Part shown: in pieces, positions 24,060 through 37,777 of the stretch
Position numbering within the stretch: position 1 is the stretch's first letter
How the letters are laid out: each line of letters begins with the position of its first letter
Translations under genes and position numbers: made by a program
Notes under the pieces: model-generated
The model's input: the letters and a program-made list of their open reading frames with translations, nothing else
What the model was told of the DNA's origin: nothing
Databases searched by the model: none
Origin: Chiloscyllium plagiosum
Lineage: Eukaryota
Assembly: GCF_004010195.1 (NCBI RefSeq)
Contig: NC_057718.1
Location: 46,792,878 to 46,851,038, forward strand
Length of the DNA stretch: 58,161 nucleotides
Direction: 5' to 3'

Positions 24060-26980
24060 AGGATGAGGGAAGTGAATGTACCGTCGCCTGATTTGGAATG
24101 GCACAAAAATAGATGGGAAGTCAAATAGTGAGGAATACACAAAGAAAGAGAGTCCAGAGGGATGTAAACTGTTTGAGTGAGTGAGCAAAAACTTGGCAGA
24201 TGTAATATAATTGAGGGAAATGTGAGATCATGCATTTTGCCAGGAAGAATAAAAGAGCTGAATATTATTTAAATGGAGACATACTGCAGAAAGCTGAAAC
24301 ATGGATTGAGGGAATTGGGGGTTCCTAATGCATGACTCACAAAAAGCTAGCATCCAAGTTTGGCAGGTACTGGGGAAGTCAAACGGACTATTGGCCTTTG
24401 TTTCAAAGGGAATGGAGTATAAGTGTAGAGACGTCCAACAGAGTCATAGAGTCATATAGAATGGAAATAGACTCTTCGGTCCAACCAAGCCAGGCTGACC
24501 ATGTTCCCAAACTAAATTAAGCCAACCTGCCTGTGCCTGGTTCACATCTCTCCAAACCTTTCCTATTCATGTACTTAGAGTCATAGAGATGTACGGCATG
24601 GAAACAGACCCTTCCGTCCAACCCGTCCATGCCGACCAGGTATCCCAACCCAATCTAGTCCCACCTGCCAGCGCCCGGCCCATATCCCTCCAAACCTTAC
24701 CTATTCATATCCCTATCCAAATGCCTCTTAAAAGCTGCAATTGTACCAGCCTCCACCACATCCTCTGGCAGCTCATTCCATACACGTACCATCGTCTGCG
24801 TGAAAAAGTTGCCCCTTAGGTCTCTTTTATATCTTTCCCCTCTCACCCTAAATCTATGCCCAATGTCCTGTACAGCCACAACATGACCTCCCAACTCCTG
24901 TACTCAACACACTGACCAATAAAGGAAAGCATACCAAACACCTTCTTCACTATCCTATCTACCTGCGACTCCACTTTCAAGGAGCTATGAACCTGCACTC
25001 CAAGGTCTCTTTGTTCAGCAATACTCCCTAGGACCTTACCATTAAGTGTATAAGTCCTGCTAAAATTTACTTTCCCAAAATGCAGCACCTGGCATTTATC
25101 TGAATTAAACTCCATCTGCCACTTCTCAGCCCATTGGCCCATCCGGTCCAGATCCTGTTGTAATCTGAGGTAACCCAAGATTTTTAAATGTTATAACTGT
25201 ACCTGCATCTATCACTTCCTCTGGCAGTTCATTCTACACACCAACCACTCTCTCTGTAAAAATGTTTCCCCTTTTCAAATCATTCTCTTCTCAACTTAAA
25301 AGTATGCCTCTCTAGTTTTGAACTGACCCACCTTTGGGAAAAGACCTTTGCTTTTCACCTTAAGATTTTATAAACTTCAATAATGTCACCCCTCAATCTC
25401 TGATGCTCAAGTGAAAAAAGTTCCAGGCACAAGAAAGGATTGCAGATGTTGGAGATTAGAGTCTAGATTAGAGTGGTACTGGAAAAGCACAGAAGGTCAG
25501 GCAGCCTCTGAGGAGCAGGAAATCAACGTTTCAGACAGGACTCCTTCATCAGCCTTTCCAGTACCGCTCTAATCTTGAAAAAAGTTCTAGCCTATTTTGA
25601 TAACTCAAACCGTCCACTTCCAGCAGCATCCTGATAAATCTTTTCTGTAACCTCTCCAGTTTCGTAATATTCTTCCTATAATAAGACAACCAGAGCTGCA
25701 CACAGCACTCCAGAAAGTCCTCACCAACGTCCTGTACAACCTCAACATGGCATCTCAAGTCCTTTTCTCAAGCATGCTAAATGCCTTCTTATACACACTA
25801 TCTACATGAGATGCAAATTTTAAAGATTTATGTATCTGAACCCCTAGGTCTTTCTGTCCTACAACACTACCCAGGGTCCTACCATGAATTGTAAATGTCC
25901 TGCTCTTGTTTGTTTTACCAAACGCAATTCCTCTCATTTATCCAAAATAAACTCCATCTGAAATTCCTCAGCCATTGACCCAATTGCTCAAGATCCCTTT
26001 GTATTCTTAGATAACATTAATGTCCATTCTACCACTAATTTTGGTGTCATCTGCAAACTTACAAACCATGCCTCCTATATTCTCATTCAAATCATTTATA
26101 AAAATGACAAATAAAAGTGGACCTAGTACCATTCCCTGTGGAATACTGCTAGTCACAACCCTCCAGTCTGAAAAACAACCTTCCACCACCATCTGTCTCC
26201 AATCATAAGCCAATATTGTATCTAATTAACAAGCTCACACTGAATCCCATGTGATCTAACTTTACTAATTATTCTACAATGCAAAACCTTATCAAAGGCT
26301 TTACAGAAGTCGAATTAAACAACATCTACTGCTCTGCTTATTTCCTCAAAAAACTCAATCAAGTTTGTGAGGTATCATTCCCTCACGTAAAACCTTGCTA
26401 GCTATCCTTAATCAGTCCTTCCCTCTCCAATGCATGTAAATCCTATCTTTCAGAATCACTTCCAACAACTTACTCACTACCGATGTCTCCCTCACAGATC
26501 TATTGTTCCCAGCCTTCTCCTTATTGCTTTACTTAAATAAAGGCACAACATTAGCCACCCACTGGTCCCCCAACACCTCACCAATGGTATAAATAATACA
26601 AAGTTTCTGCTGGGGGACCTGCAATTTCCTCCCTAACTTCCCATGTCGCCATGAGATGCACTTGATTGTGTAAAACTATGCAAGACACTAGTCAGGCCAC
26701 ACCTGGAATACTATGAACAGTTGAGATCCTCTTACATAAGGAGAAGGGTGTTGGCATTGAAGGCAGTCCAGAGAAGGCTCACTAGATTGGCCACAAGTAT
26801 GGAGGGATTTTCTTATGAGCAAAAGTTGAGTAATTTGGGCCTTTACTCACTGGAGTTTAGAATAATGAGAGAAGACCTTATTGAAATATTATAAGATTCT
26901 TAGGGGGTTTGACGCAAAAGATGCGGAGAGGTTGTTTTGTCTTGTGGAATACAGGATATAATCTCAGAGTAAGGGATTGC
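24060..26980. mobile_element. Nested CR1 cluster: plus-strand outer element (about 24060-24436 and 26668-26980), minus-strand element (about 24440-26666), younger HER1 piece (about 24577-25177) and a Penelope-terminus insertion (about 25428-25575)
   Basis: RT motifs [18 protein letters not shown]...KFADDTK (ORF 26007-26213) and two GAGTCATA tails. The outer reading resumes at LVRPHLEY after 26668. The small insertion is flanked by TGAAAAAAGTTC.AG. Confidence 0.8.
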
Positions 26981-27139
26981 AAAGTTACATCCAATTCCTG
27001 AAACTGATTTTCTCTCCATTAACACCTTGTCAACTCCCAAACCAAGTATTTTACAGAACTCTACATTTGAAACATTCAATAAGGTTCTGCTACTGCCCAG
27101 GCATCTTAACTAATCACACAAGACATGCCATGTGACTAC

Positions 27140-28232
27140 AACATAAGTAAATTTTCCCTCCTTGTCTTTCTTAATCAGTCTGCAGTCTTTCATATGCTTA
27201 GCCACATTACACTCCTCCAAGTCTTTGTATTATTGTCCAGCTGGCTGGGACTGCTTTCACCTGGTTCCATTCTTAGTGATCCAGACACTGCCAGAGAATC
27301 ACTTATAATGGCTTCTCTTCTAGCCTTAAACCATTATTACTGTATCCCTCAGGGAACTGTTCCTGGCCCCATCTTCTCATTTACATGATGTCTCTTGGCA
27401 TATCATCTGAAATCAATGTCTTGGGTTCCATATGGCTGCTGGCAACACCCAGCTCTACTTGACAAACTCCATCCTCAATCCCTCCACGGTCTGCAGATTA
27501 TGAAACTGCTTCTCCAACATGCAGTGATAGATGAGTTGAAGTGTACCCTATTTAAATATCACAAAAACCGAATCCGTGGTTTTCAGACTGCACTATAAAA
27601 TTCAGCAGCCACCATTCCATTCCTCTCCTTGGAATGGCCTGAGGTTGAATCGGTCTGTTCCTTGCACCTTGGCATCATATTTGATCCCGAGATAAGTTTC
27701 TGACCACACAGTCAATATCATCATAAGAACAACCTATTTCCACCACCATAACATCATCTGATTCTATCTCAGCCTTGGCTCATCTGCAGGCCAGCTCCCT
27801 CCATTTTAACCTCCATAAACTTGAAGTAATTAAGATCTGTCCACATCTTTACTCAAACCAATTTCCCACTGGCCTGTTTGCTGACCAACATTGATACTGG
27901 GTTAAGCAATACCTTGGTTTAAAACCAATTCTTCCTTTTCCAATTCTTCTTTTTATCTACCTCAATATTTATAACCTTCTCCTGCCCCATACACCTCTCA
28001 TATTTCTGTATTTCCTCTAATTCTGGCCTTCCATGTATTCCTAATTTAATCATCCCACAACTGCTAGCCATGCTTTCAGTTACCAAGGTTTTAAGATTTG
28101 GAATTCCTTAAAATCTGGCTTTTTCAACCACTGTCTCTGTGCTCAGTGTCATGTTTTGTTTGAAGACATTCATGTGAAGCATCTTGAGACACTTCATTAC
28201 ATGACATTTGTATATAAATACAAATTGTGATT
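27140..28232 (+). mobile_element. L2-clade LINE 3' fragment (old)
   Basis: Decayed LLV.L..SA.F....H..LL and .PQGTV.GP..F RT motifs, with an L2-like tail TGTGAAGCATCTTGAGAC...TATATAAATACAAATTG. Confidence 0.6.
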
Positions 28233-28291
28233 TTTGATATAATGCATTTTACAACTGGCTTCTTTCACAAAAGAATGCTCTTCTATAATGA

Positions 28292-28408
28292 CAAAGTTAA
28301 AAATCATGCAATACCAGGTTATAGTCCAACAGGTTTATTTGGAAGTAGTAGCTTTCGGAGTGCTGCTCCTTCATCAGGTAGCTGTGGAGCAGGATCATAA
28401 AACACAGA
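28292..28408 (-). mobile_element. Short Penelope-terminus insertion (third family) with 11-bp TSD and hammerhead motif at 28349-28377
   Basis: TTCTATAATGA at 28281-28291 and 28409-28419. The minus strand reads CTGATGA-A-GGAG-cagca-CTCC-GAAA-GCTA. A related copy lies at about 40157-40262. Confidence 0.75.
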
Positions 28409-28779
28409 TTCTATAATGAGGTGGGGCTGTTACATAAACTCAAGAACATTTATGGCAAGGACTCTTTTTAACTTCACTTCTGTAAACTTCCTGGCTTTGG
28501 TGCTAATTCCTTTGGTCAATCAAATCACAGGCTAATCTGGAATTAGCTGAACCTTCCTGGTTTTCTAGTTAAGGTGGAAGCAGAAATATGGGGTCCCACT
28601 TTGAGGTGAAAAAGTGAGGTATGCTTGTTTTTGGTTTGGTGTTGTTCCTTTAAGATTAGTCACTGCACAAAAGGACAAAATGCAACTCTATGCCAGCGTC
28701 AACCAATATAAACGTGGCAAGGATACGCTGGGGATCTAACAAGGCAGATTACTCAAAAGTAAGGGCAATCTATATTATA

Positions 28780-29352
28780 CCATAACATATAAGAGCAGAA
28801 TTAGGCCATTTGGTTCATGTCTGCTTCACCATTCATTCATAGCTAATATATTTCTTAACGTCATTCTCTTGCCTTCTCCTCATAACCATTGATATCCTTA
28901 CTAATCAGGTACCTATCTATCTCTATTTCAAAAACACTCAATGATTTAGCCTCCACTAATCTCTGTGGCAATGAGTTCCACAGATTAACCACCCTGTAGC
29001 TGAAGAAATTTCTCCTCATCTCACTTCTAAATGGTCGTCTCTTCATTCTGAGACTGTGCCCTCAGGTCCTAGTCTCACCTACTAATGGAAACATCTTCCC
29101 CACCTTCACTCTATGCAGGACTTTCAGTATTCTGCATGTTTCAATCTTCCTCATTCTTCTAAACTCCATTGAGTACAAACCCACAGTCCTCAATTGCTCT
29201 TCATATGACAAGCCTTTCATCCTCGGGATCTTTCTTGTAAACCTCCTCTGGACCTCTCAAAGGCCAGCACATCCTTCTTCAGATAACACAATCATCCAAA
29301 CGTGGTCTGACCAGAGCTTTATACAGCCTCAGCAGTACACCTCTGCTCTTGT
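28780..29352 (-). mobile_element. CR1-type LINE 3' fragment
   Basis: ORF 28861-29046 RPFRSEMRRNFFSYRVVNLWNSLP. Confidence 0.8.
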
Positions 29353-29534
29353 AGAATCGAATCTGCATATTTACCTGGGTTGGGGAATCGAGAACAAGAA
29401 GGCATCAGTTTAAAGTAAGAATAAATGGGAACTTGAGGGGCAACTTTTTCATAGAGGGTGGTATGCATATGGAATGAGTTGCCAGCAGAAGTGGTTAAGG
29501 CGGGTTATTAACAACGTATTAAAAGGCATTTGGA

Positions 29535-32500
29535 GGGGATCCGAGATGGCAGTGATCTAGGAGGATCGTGTTGCAGAGCTCAGCACCACAACACAAGAGG
29601 GATGGATTTCTAACCTGCCCAGCCCGGACCATTGTGATATCATGGGACTCTAGAAAGGTCGTGGAGTCCCAGCAAACTGTGAAAAGTTAACTTACCTGTG
29701 TTCCTTGCCATCCAGAGATGCTGAAGAAGGGAGGAGGAGCATCCGAGGCTGGATCCTCAAGATCCTCAGACTCGATTACTTACCAGGCCCTGATGAATGA
29801 GCTTGTGAAATCTCGTGAGATGCTGGCTAAACAGATAGAGGAGAAAATGGCCCTGATCTCTATCATGCTACAGAAGCATGAGCATCAGCTGAGAGACCTG
29901 GAAAAGAAGACAGATGAGGTTGAACACAGAGTCACAGTGGTGGAAGCTGATACCAGTTCCTCGGAGGATAGGATCCAAGCCCTGGAGATGCAGATCTGTA
30001 GTTTGCGTGACTAAGTGGATGATCTTGAGAACAGAGACAGGAGAAAGAATATTCAGATCGTCGGTCTGCCTGAGGGTAAGGAAGGTGAGCGGAATTTATT
30101 GAGGACGGGCTGCCGAAATTCCTTAACTTGGAGGTTGCATTCTGAGGCTTGAAGATCGAGAGGGTTCACCAGGCCACGGCACCGACATTATGTTTGGGCC
30201 AATGTCCTCGTCCTGTCCTGGTACAGTTCCATCACTGCAAAGATAAGGAGAGAGTCGTGGAAGCTTCCAGAATCCAGGGAAAGGATCAGAAAGCCCAAGT
30301 TTACGAGGGCTCTAAGATCATTTTCTTCCAGGACTTTTCAGCGGCAGTGATCCAGAAAAGAAAGTCCCATGTCGGCATCAACAGAAGACTGAGGGAGCTC
30401 GGGATCCAGTACGCTCTGAGGTATCCGACGGTGCTTCAGCCCACCTAAGATGGATCTGTACATCTCTTTGATACGTCAGAGAAGGCAAGAGACTTTGTGG
30501 ACAAATTAACCTAATCTAAACAATTTAGTATGTACAAACAGCAGTGTTGTTTGGATATATCTGTTTTTTTCAACAAAACAGAGAAAGTCTAGTTGGAGAT
30601 TTCTTTTCCTTTTTTTTATTGGTAATAATTTGGTTTAAACTATGTTTGGCAGCAGTTGAGATATGTACTTTTAATTTCTAAGTCACGTTATACCAGAGGA
30701 TGGGTGAGGTATTTACCCCTTTTTTCGTTAAAAAGTTTTTCTTTATTCATAGAGCTATTCCACGGTGTATTTACTTTCTTTTCTGCTTGTGTTGGCAATG
30801 CGGGTCTAGCTAGGAGGAGGGAAAATGGTTGGGATGGCTAGATGCCTACTTATGAACAGTTTGGGATGGGTAGTTGCCCCCTTCGGGCAGGGGGTAAGTT
30901 CCCCTATTCAGCACCATTGGTGCTTTATATGTTGGTTTGTTTTTTGGTTTTTATTGTTTTTAATCTTTGATAGTTTTGTAGGTTTGTTAAATATAGTGGT
31001 TTTAGTTTATGTAGCTTTTATGTTCGATGGATCTTGTGACACTAAGGCTTGGCGATTTGTGGTTCGAGTTCTTCCTCTCTGGAATCTAGATGTTACTGCA
31101 GAAGGTTATGGCTAATGGCATGATTAAATGGTGTACCTGGAATACCAAGGGGAGTCACTCACCAATAAGAAGAAGAAGGTACTTCTGAGTCTTAGAAAGG
31201 AGAAGGTGGATATTGCTTTGTTACAGGAGGCACATTTGGATGATAGGGAGCATTTGAAACTACAGCAGAATGGCTTGATAGGGGTTATTTTTCATCATTT
31301 AATACCAGAAGTGGGGGAGTGGCTATATTGGTTAGGAAGAATCTCCCATTTAAGTTAATAAAGTGTGTTAAAGACACATACGTGAGGTTTGTAATTCTTA
31401 AAGCCCTGATAAATGGGGAAGAATATGGTGTTTTACATGTTTATTGCCCTCCAGTTCATCCCCTCAAATTTTTGGTAGATGCATTTTCTAAACTGATCAA
31501 TCTCGAGTCCCAGCATATCATGATAGGGGGAGATTTCAACTGTCTCGTGGATCCCACAGTAGACAGGTTGCCCAAAGGCCCCTCGATAACCCTTGTACAA
31601 ACTAAACAATTAGTGGATCTGTGTGTGGATTTAAGCTTGGTGGATGTTTTGAGGCGTATCCACCTTACAGGCAGGGATTTTATTATTTTTTCTAATCTGC
31701 ACAGATGTCACACCAGGATTGATTTTTTTCTGAATCTCGTGGCAACCCTTGATTTGGTGGTATCTTGTACGATTGGTAATATTATAAGACCATAAGACCA
31801 TAATGCCTCTGCTATTTCCTCAGCCACCTCTCTCAGAACTCTAGGGTATCCCATCGGGGCCAGGAGATTTATCAATTTTAAGATTTTTTAACTTTTCTAG
31901 CATTATCATCTCTGATCACATTCCAGTGTATCTGATGTTTAAGATTAAGGACGTTAAGTGGGTTTGAGGTACTGGCAAGTAAATTCCTTTACCCTTAAGA
32001 ATAATAGGTTTGTGGAGTACTTTTCTAGGGAATTTCGGGTGTTCCTAAACATTAACTCAAGCTCGGTTAGTAGCCTATCCATCCTTTGGGAAACTGCCAA
32101 AGCCTATGCCAGGGGGTTAGTTATTTCTTACTCTGCCAGTAGGAAGCGGCGGAAGGGTGAGCAGCAGCATCTCCTCAAAGCACGATTGAAGGCAGCCGAG
32201 AAGGTCTACTTTGACAGATCCTCGGTGGTGAAGCTACAGAGGATTACGGCGCTGTGGTCTGTATTAAATTCCATGCTCACACAGACAACAAAGAAGGAGC
32301 TTACCTTTGCAAATCAAAGGTTATATGGGCGTGGTGACAAGCCAGGCAAATACTTAGCATATCTCGCCAGGAAAAGGAGTGCCCCTCAAACCATTATGTC
32401 GATTAGGGAGGGGTCTGGGAACCTAACATGTGACTCCAAAAAGATTAAGGTGGCATTCCAGAGATTCTACTCTAAGTTATACTAATCTGAGAGTTGTAAG

Positions 32501-35330
32501 GAGAGGCAGGCCAAAATGGAATCTTTCTTTAAGGATCTGGAGCTCCCTGGCGTGACCCCTGAACAAGAGTCCTTTCTCAATGCTCCCTTATCAGATCAAG
32601 AGATGCAGGAGGCTGTGAAGCAGCTTCAGAGTGGGAAGGCAGCTGGTCCTGATGGACATCCAAGTGAATTCTAGAAGGAATTTATAAACATATTGTCAGG
32701 CCCAATGCTTAATATGTTTAATGAATCATACAGCCATGATTGTCTCCAGCCATCTCTAAGAGAAGCCAATATTTTGCTTATTCTTAAAAAAGGTAAGGTC
32801 CCAGAGGACTGTGCTTCATACAGGCCCATTTCACTCTGAAATGTGGGCTTTAAAGTCCTCTCTAAGACTCTTGTGTTAAGGCTGGAGACTGTGTTACCTT
32901 CCACTGTTTAAGAGGATCAGACGGGCTTCATAAAGGGCCGCAGATCCTCCAATAATGTTAGGAGGCTGATTAATGTAATTCAAGCATGTTAACAGCAGTC
33001 AATACAGGGATTGGCGATTTCTCTAGATGCAGAGAAGGCATTTGACCAAGTTTAACGACCGTACCTTTTCTGAACTCTGGAGCAATTTGGTTTGGGCAAA
33101 GTGTTTATAAGATGTAAAGGTTCTCTCCAGTGAACCTCTCGCTGTGGTCATCACCAATGGGGTACGATCAAGCAATTTTAACATTTTTAGGGACAGTTGG
33201 CAGGGCTGTCCCCTTTCACCACTGCTTTTTACTTTGGTGATTGAACCATTGGTGGAGGCCATTCTTGGGGATCCTAATATATCAGCTCCAGAGGTAAGGT
33301 CAAAATTACATAAGATTTGGTTGTATGTGGATGATGTCCTAATTTTTTTTTGTCAAATCCAGCAGTTTCGGTGCCTTGCCTGATACAATGCATCAGCACG
33401 TTTGATGCCTTTTCGGGGTACAAGATTAATCTTGCAAAATCAGAGGCTGTGCCTATGGGTGGTCTTACGAAGGAGCTAGGACTTGAGGGTGAATATCAAT
33501 TCCCATTTAAGTGATCACAGGGAGGTTTTGTGTATTTGGGCATATTCATTACTCCAGTTTTGGATCGGTTGTTCAAAGCCAATTTTGTTCAAATATTTGA
33601 CAAAATCAAATAAGACCTTCAAAGATAGCAGGCGCTTCCGGTCTCATGATTGGGTCAGATACTGTTTATTAATATGAATATTCTCCCCCGTTTGCTATAC
33701 CCTAAATGGATGTTCCCCCGACTTTCAATAAGCAAACATTCAGGAGACTGAACGGATGGTTCAGCTCCTTTATTTGGCATTGTAAGTGGCCTCTCATTAA
33801 ATTAGCTAAACTGCAACCAATTCACAGATGGGGGAATGGTCCTTCCGGACATTAAAACCAGCAACTAAGCTTGCTTTTATCCTATGTGAGTGAGTGGGCC
33901 TGTGGGGACGCTTTTTAAATATGGTTAGATAGCTAAGTATCCCAGGCAGGGTGCGCCCATACTAGCTTGCTGTTTCTGGACAAAATGAGGACAGTTAGGG
34001 AATATTACCATAACGCAATAGTTATCAATTGCATGGAGGGCAATTCGGCACAGCAAAGGCAAAACTGACAAAACATCTTCTTTTACGCCTATAGTGGGTA
34101 TGCCGGGTTTTCAACCGGGATGATGGATTCAGGATTCAAATGTTGGGCAGCTAGTGGTGTGTCTTAGATGGGCAATTTATTTGAGGGAGACACAATGATG
34201 TCTTTCAATCAGTTAGCATGGAAATACGAGCTTTCTAACAGGGACCTCTTTTGCTTCTTTCAAGTTAGGAATTTTATTCAAAAAAAACTACACTTTTGAT
34301 TGATCCCTACAAATCCGACATGGAGAGGAGATTGCTCAGTGCTAAGAGTACACTTTCTGTTAGCACTTCATATCATCAATTGGGGAGTGCCCCCTCAGAT
34401 GAATTCGATCGACTCTGCAGGGTGTGGGAGAGAGAGCCAGGTGTTGAGTCTCTTCAGAGGCATGAGAAGATATTTGGGAAAACGCAATAAAGATATCAAT
34501 TTGCAATAGGACCCATGTTTACAGTTAAAGATTCACTATAGGGTCCACTTAGCTCTGGTCTGTCTGTCAAAATTTAAACCAGGGGCATCTTCAACTTGTC
34601 CCAAGTGCAAGGTTTGTATGGGCACTCTTACCCATTGTCTCTGGTCCTGTGGTAGGCTTCAAACATACTGGAGCGCTGTGGCAGGTGCAATGGAAGGGAT
34701 TTTGGGTGTAAGGGTGGAGGATTTTGGGTGTAAGGCTGTCTTCTTTTGGGCCTGCCCAGTGTGTTCCCTGTATTTGTGCATAAGAAAAAACTTTTCAATA
34801 TCCTCGCTTTCTGCGCAAGAAAGAATATCTTGTCAGGTTGGGTGTCTGAAATCCCATCAAGCCCCCACCCCCCGCGCCTGTTGGGTTGGCAGAAGATTGT
34901 TATGGAGCATATTCCCTTGCCCTTTCTCACAAATATGGTACACCACAAGATTGAGAATTTTTATAAGACATGGCAGCCCTTTTTGGAACACCTGGACACA
35001 GATTTATCTGCCATACTAAAAGGGATTTTATATAGACATAATTACTGTGTTTTACAAGTCCAATATCCAGGGAGGAGGAACTGTGAAGGTATGAGTGCTT
35101 GTTTGGCTGTGTTGAGTTATTACTATTTATTAGTTTGTTGTTGATTATTATTTAAATAGCTAATTGGATTTTTTATTATATATTTTTCTATGTACATTTA
35201 TATATTTGTACATGAGGGCGGGTTCGGTTTTTATCATTTTTTCTTACTTTCTTTGTACTGTTTTGAATTTTTTTTGTATTTGTTGTAATATTAAAAAATC
35301 TATTTTTTCAATAAAAATATATTTTAAAAC
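29535..35330 (+). mobile_element. Full-length (about 5.8 kb) degenerate L1-clade LINE inserted in a HER1 3' fragment (about 29370-29534 and 35331-35480)
   Basis: 12-bp TSD AAGGCATTTGGA at 29523-29534 and 35331-35342, and a 5' end GGGGATCCGAGATGGC. ORF1 remnants (coiled coil, LENR.RRKNI.IVGLPEG, PRPVLV.F, IFFQDFS) at about 29718-30513. ORF2 remnants include APE (LLQEAH, GGDFN, RIDFF, SDH), RT (QGCPLSPLLF, LYVDD) and CPKC..THCLWSC, with many stops and frameshifts. AATAAA near the end. Confidence 0.92.
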
Positions 35331-37777
35331 AAGGCATTTGGACAAATACATGGATAGGGAAGGTTTAGAAGGATATGGGCCAAGTGCAGAGAAATGGGGC
35401 TCGCGTAGATGGACATTTTGGTCGGCATGGACCAGTTTAGGTCGAAGGGCCTGTCACCAAGCTGTAGGACTCTATGACTATCTCTCCATAGCCCTTGCTC
35501 CACTGGCCAGAACGTACTCAGTTCAAACTTCCAGATTTTGATACAGTTTTACCCAAACGTGGATGAGATGATGACTTTACCTCGACTGCCATGTAAGACA
35601 TTAGTCAAAGATCTCAAACTAGAAATATAACACAACTACAGTATGAAAGTACCAGGAATTCTGAGCAACTGACTTCATGTTTTAAATATGAAATGGCGGA
35701 AGAATGTGTCTAATGTATTCTCTTCAATAAGAATGAGAAAGAACACTTGTTAAAGGTACAGCTGTAAATAGCAGCATGGATTATTAATACCAATGCAGAA
35801 TGCATTCTAAGGAAGAATGAATTCTAAGGAAGTTATATAAAATTTTCAGATGCTCACTTTTTACTACAGAAGCCGTGAGTTTCAAACTCCAAACCAGGTG
35901 TCATTTAGATTATTCAGCTACTTGAGTTTCTCTGGTAAGTTCTTATGAATCACTGCTTTGTGACTCCGCTGTTAACCTCGCTGTATAGCTGAGGGCAAGA
36001 GAACTCTTACCATGAAGTCCACACTGATACCAAAATCAAAAATTAAACAAAGAGTTAAAAATAGGTTGAAAATCTGGAACACATGCCATTTTCACATTGG
36101 AATTGTGAAGGTGAATAAAATCTCTGCAGCTTTTATTGGCAAAAATCATTGGAAACACAAGTTTCTGAACAGCTCATTGCAGTGAGAGATGGTCATTAAT
36201 CACATGTGCTGTAGTTCCAAGTGACTGAATAAAGTTGCAGTATCAAACACTGCGACATCGACTCTAAGCATTAAAGATACAGGTCTGCATTGCAGTACAA
36301 TTGCAACTCTATTATCACAGTGCAGATAGCAAATGATGTTCTCAGGTATCTTATAAGGCCACAATTAAATCTGCAATCACAATTTCACTTCATATTAATC
36401 AGAGGAATTTGGAAGTTCAGGTGTATATTTCATTAAGGCTGTCCACTGCCAGGTGGAGTATCTCACACACATACAAAAGACATCAGAGTGTTATCGTTAC
36501 ACTCTTACTAATTACAGCGGTTTAGAAATTAGCATGGTGAGAATGAAAACAGAGCAAGTTTTTCATCTTTATCTGATGACTTAATTTAATTGGATCATTT
36601 GTTTTGTCCATTGGCACATCTTGAACAATGATATGAAGGACCAGGAGTTTCCCAGTCGGCAGCATTGATTTTGTGATTAATTGCATAGAATCTGTTGCCT
36701 TCAGCATGGCCTCATCTGGATGACGATCTGGCAAAGGAAGAGTTGAAGCAAGTCAGTTCATGAATGTGTACAAAAAGCAGCGGTGGTTTGATGGAAAACA
36801 GGATTCACTAGATCACTTGCACGTGTGCATGAAACTGTCACTGCTTGGTGCAACTGTGTTGCAGGTGTTTCTGTGCACGTGCAGATGGACCATGGCAGCC
36901 ATCTTTGAGTTGGTACCTCACACTCCAATTTATTGAAGCTAGTGTACAGGAACAAAAGGCAAGCTAAAAAGGTGAATAGGATGTTGGCCTTTTACACAAG
37001 GACTCTGGAGTACAAAGGAGAGATAATCTCTGTTCAGATGGACAAAACCTTGGTCACTGCTATCTCCATTCAACTTTCACAAGAATATCAAGGGTTTTAA
37101 AGCAATTCAGCGGAAGGGTTGATTGGTAAGAGAGAGAGAGTCCCAAAGCACGTTTTGTGGTGATCTGAAGGTTTGAGAACCAGTAAGCCAAAGAATTGAG
37201 GAGTGGGAGAGGCAGCAAGTTGGTAACTGGGAGGATGTGATTGGAGAGGTGATGAGCTGGAAGTTAATAGTGAGTCAGTACATTTCCCTCTTTTAGAACT
37301 TATTGTATAAGTTATTTCTTTCATAAATATAGGAATTTGTAATAAAGGATACAAATAAAGGATTTGTAAAGACTGTAAATAAAGGATTTCAACTTATGAG
37401 GTACAATGTTTTAATATTTTTTCTAATGAGTAAGTTTCTACAGAATCTACAGCTGTCTCTGTGGTTGTAATGGGAAAAATTGATTCACTTAGCTTTGCTT
37501 CATTTAAAGTTGTACTTTTCAGGAATGCTACAACAATTTTAAGGGAGGATTTGCTCTGATGCCGTGTCCTGATGAAGAGAAAATAGATCTTTATTACTGT
37601 CGAACTCTTAACTTTGTATGTTTGACAATACAAATGTGCGTATGGAGTTTAAAATCTGAGGACACACTAAGAAAAGCCATCAGCTCAGTGCACAGCCAGG
37701 ATGACTGCAGTACAGTTTATGATATTGATCATATCACCCCTCAACTTTCTAAATCCAGGGAATAAAAGACACATTAA

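Noticed and set aside
37344..37352. Second perfect U12 donor GTATCCTTT on the minus strand
   Set aside because: It lies in a small AAATAAAGGAT repeat and the adjacent sequence encodes nothing vasohibin-like.
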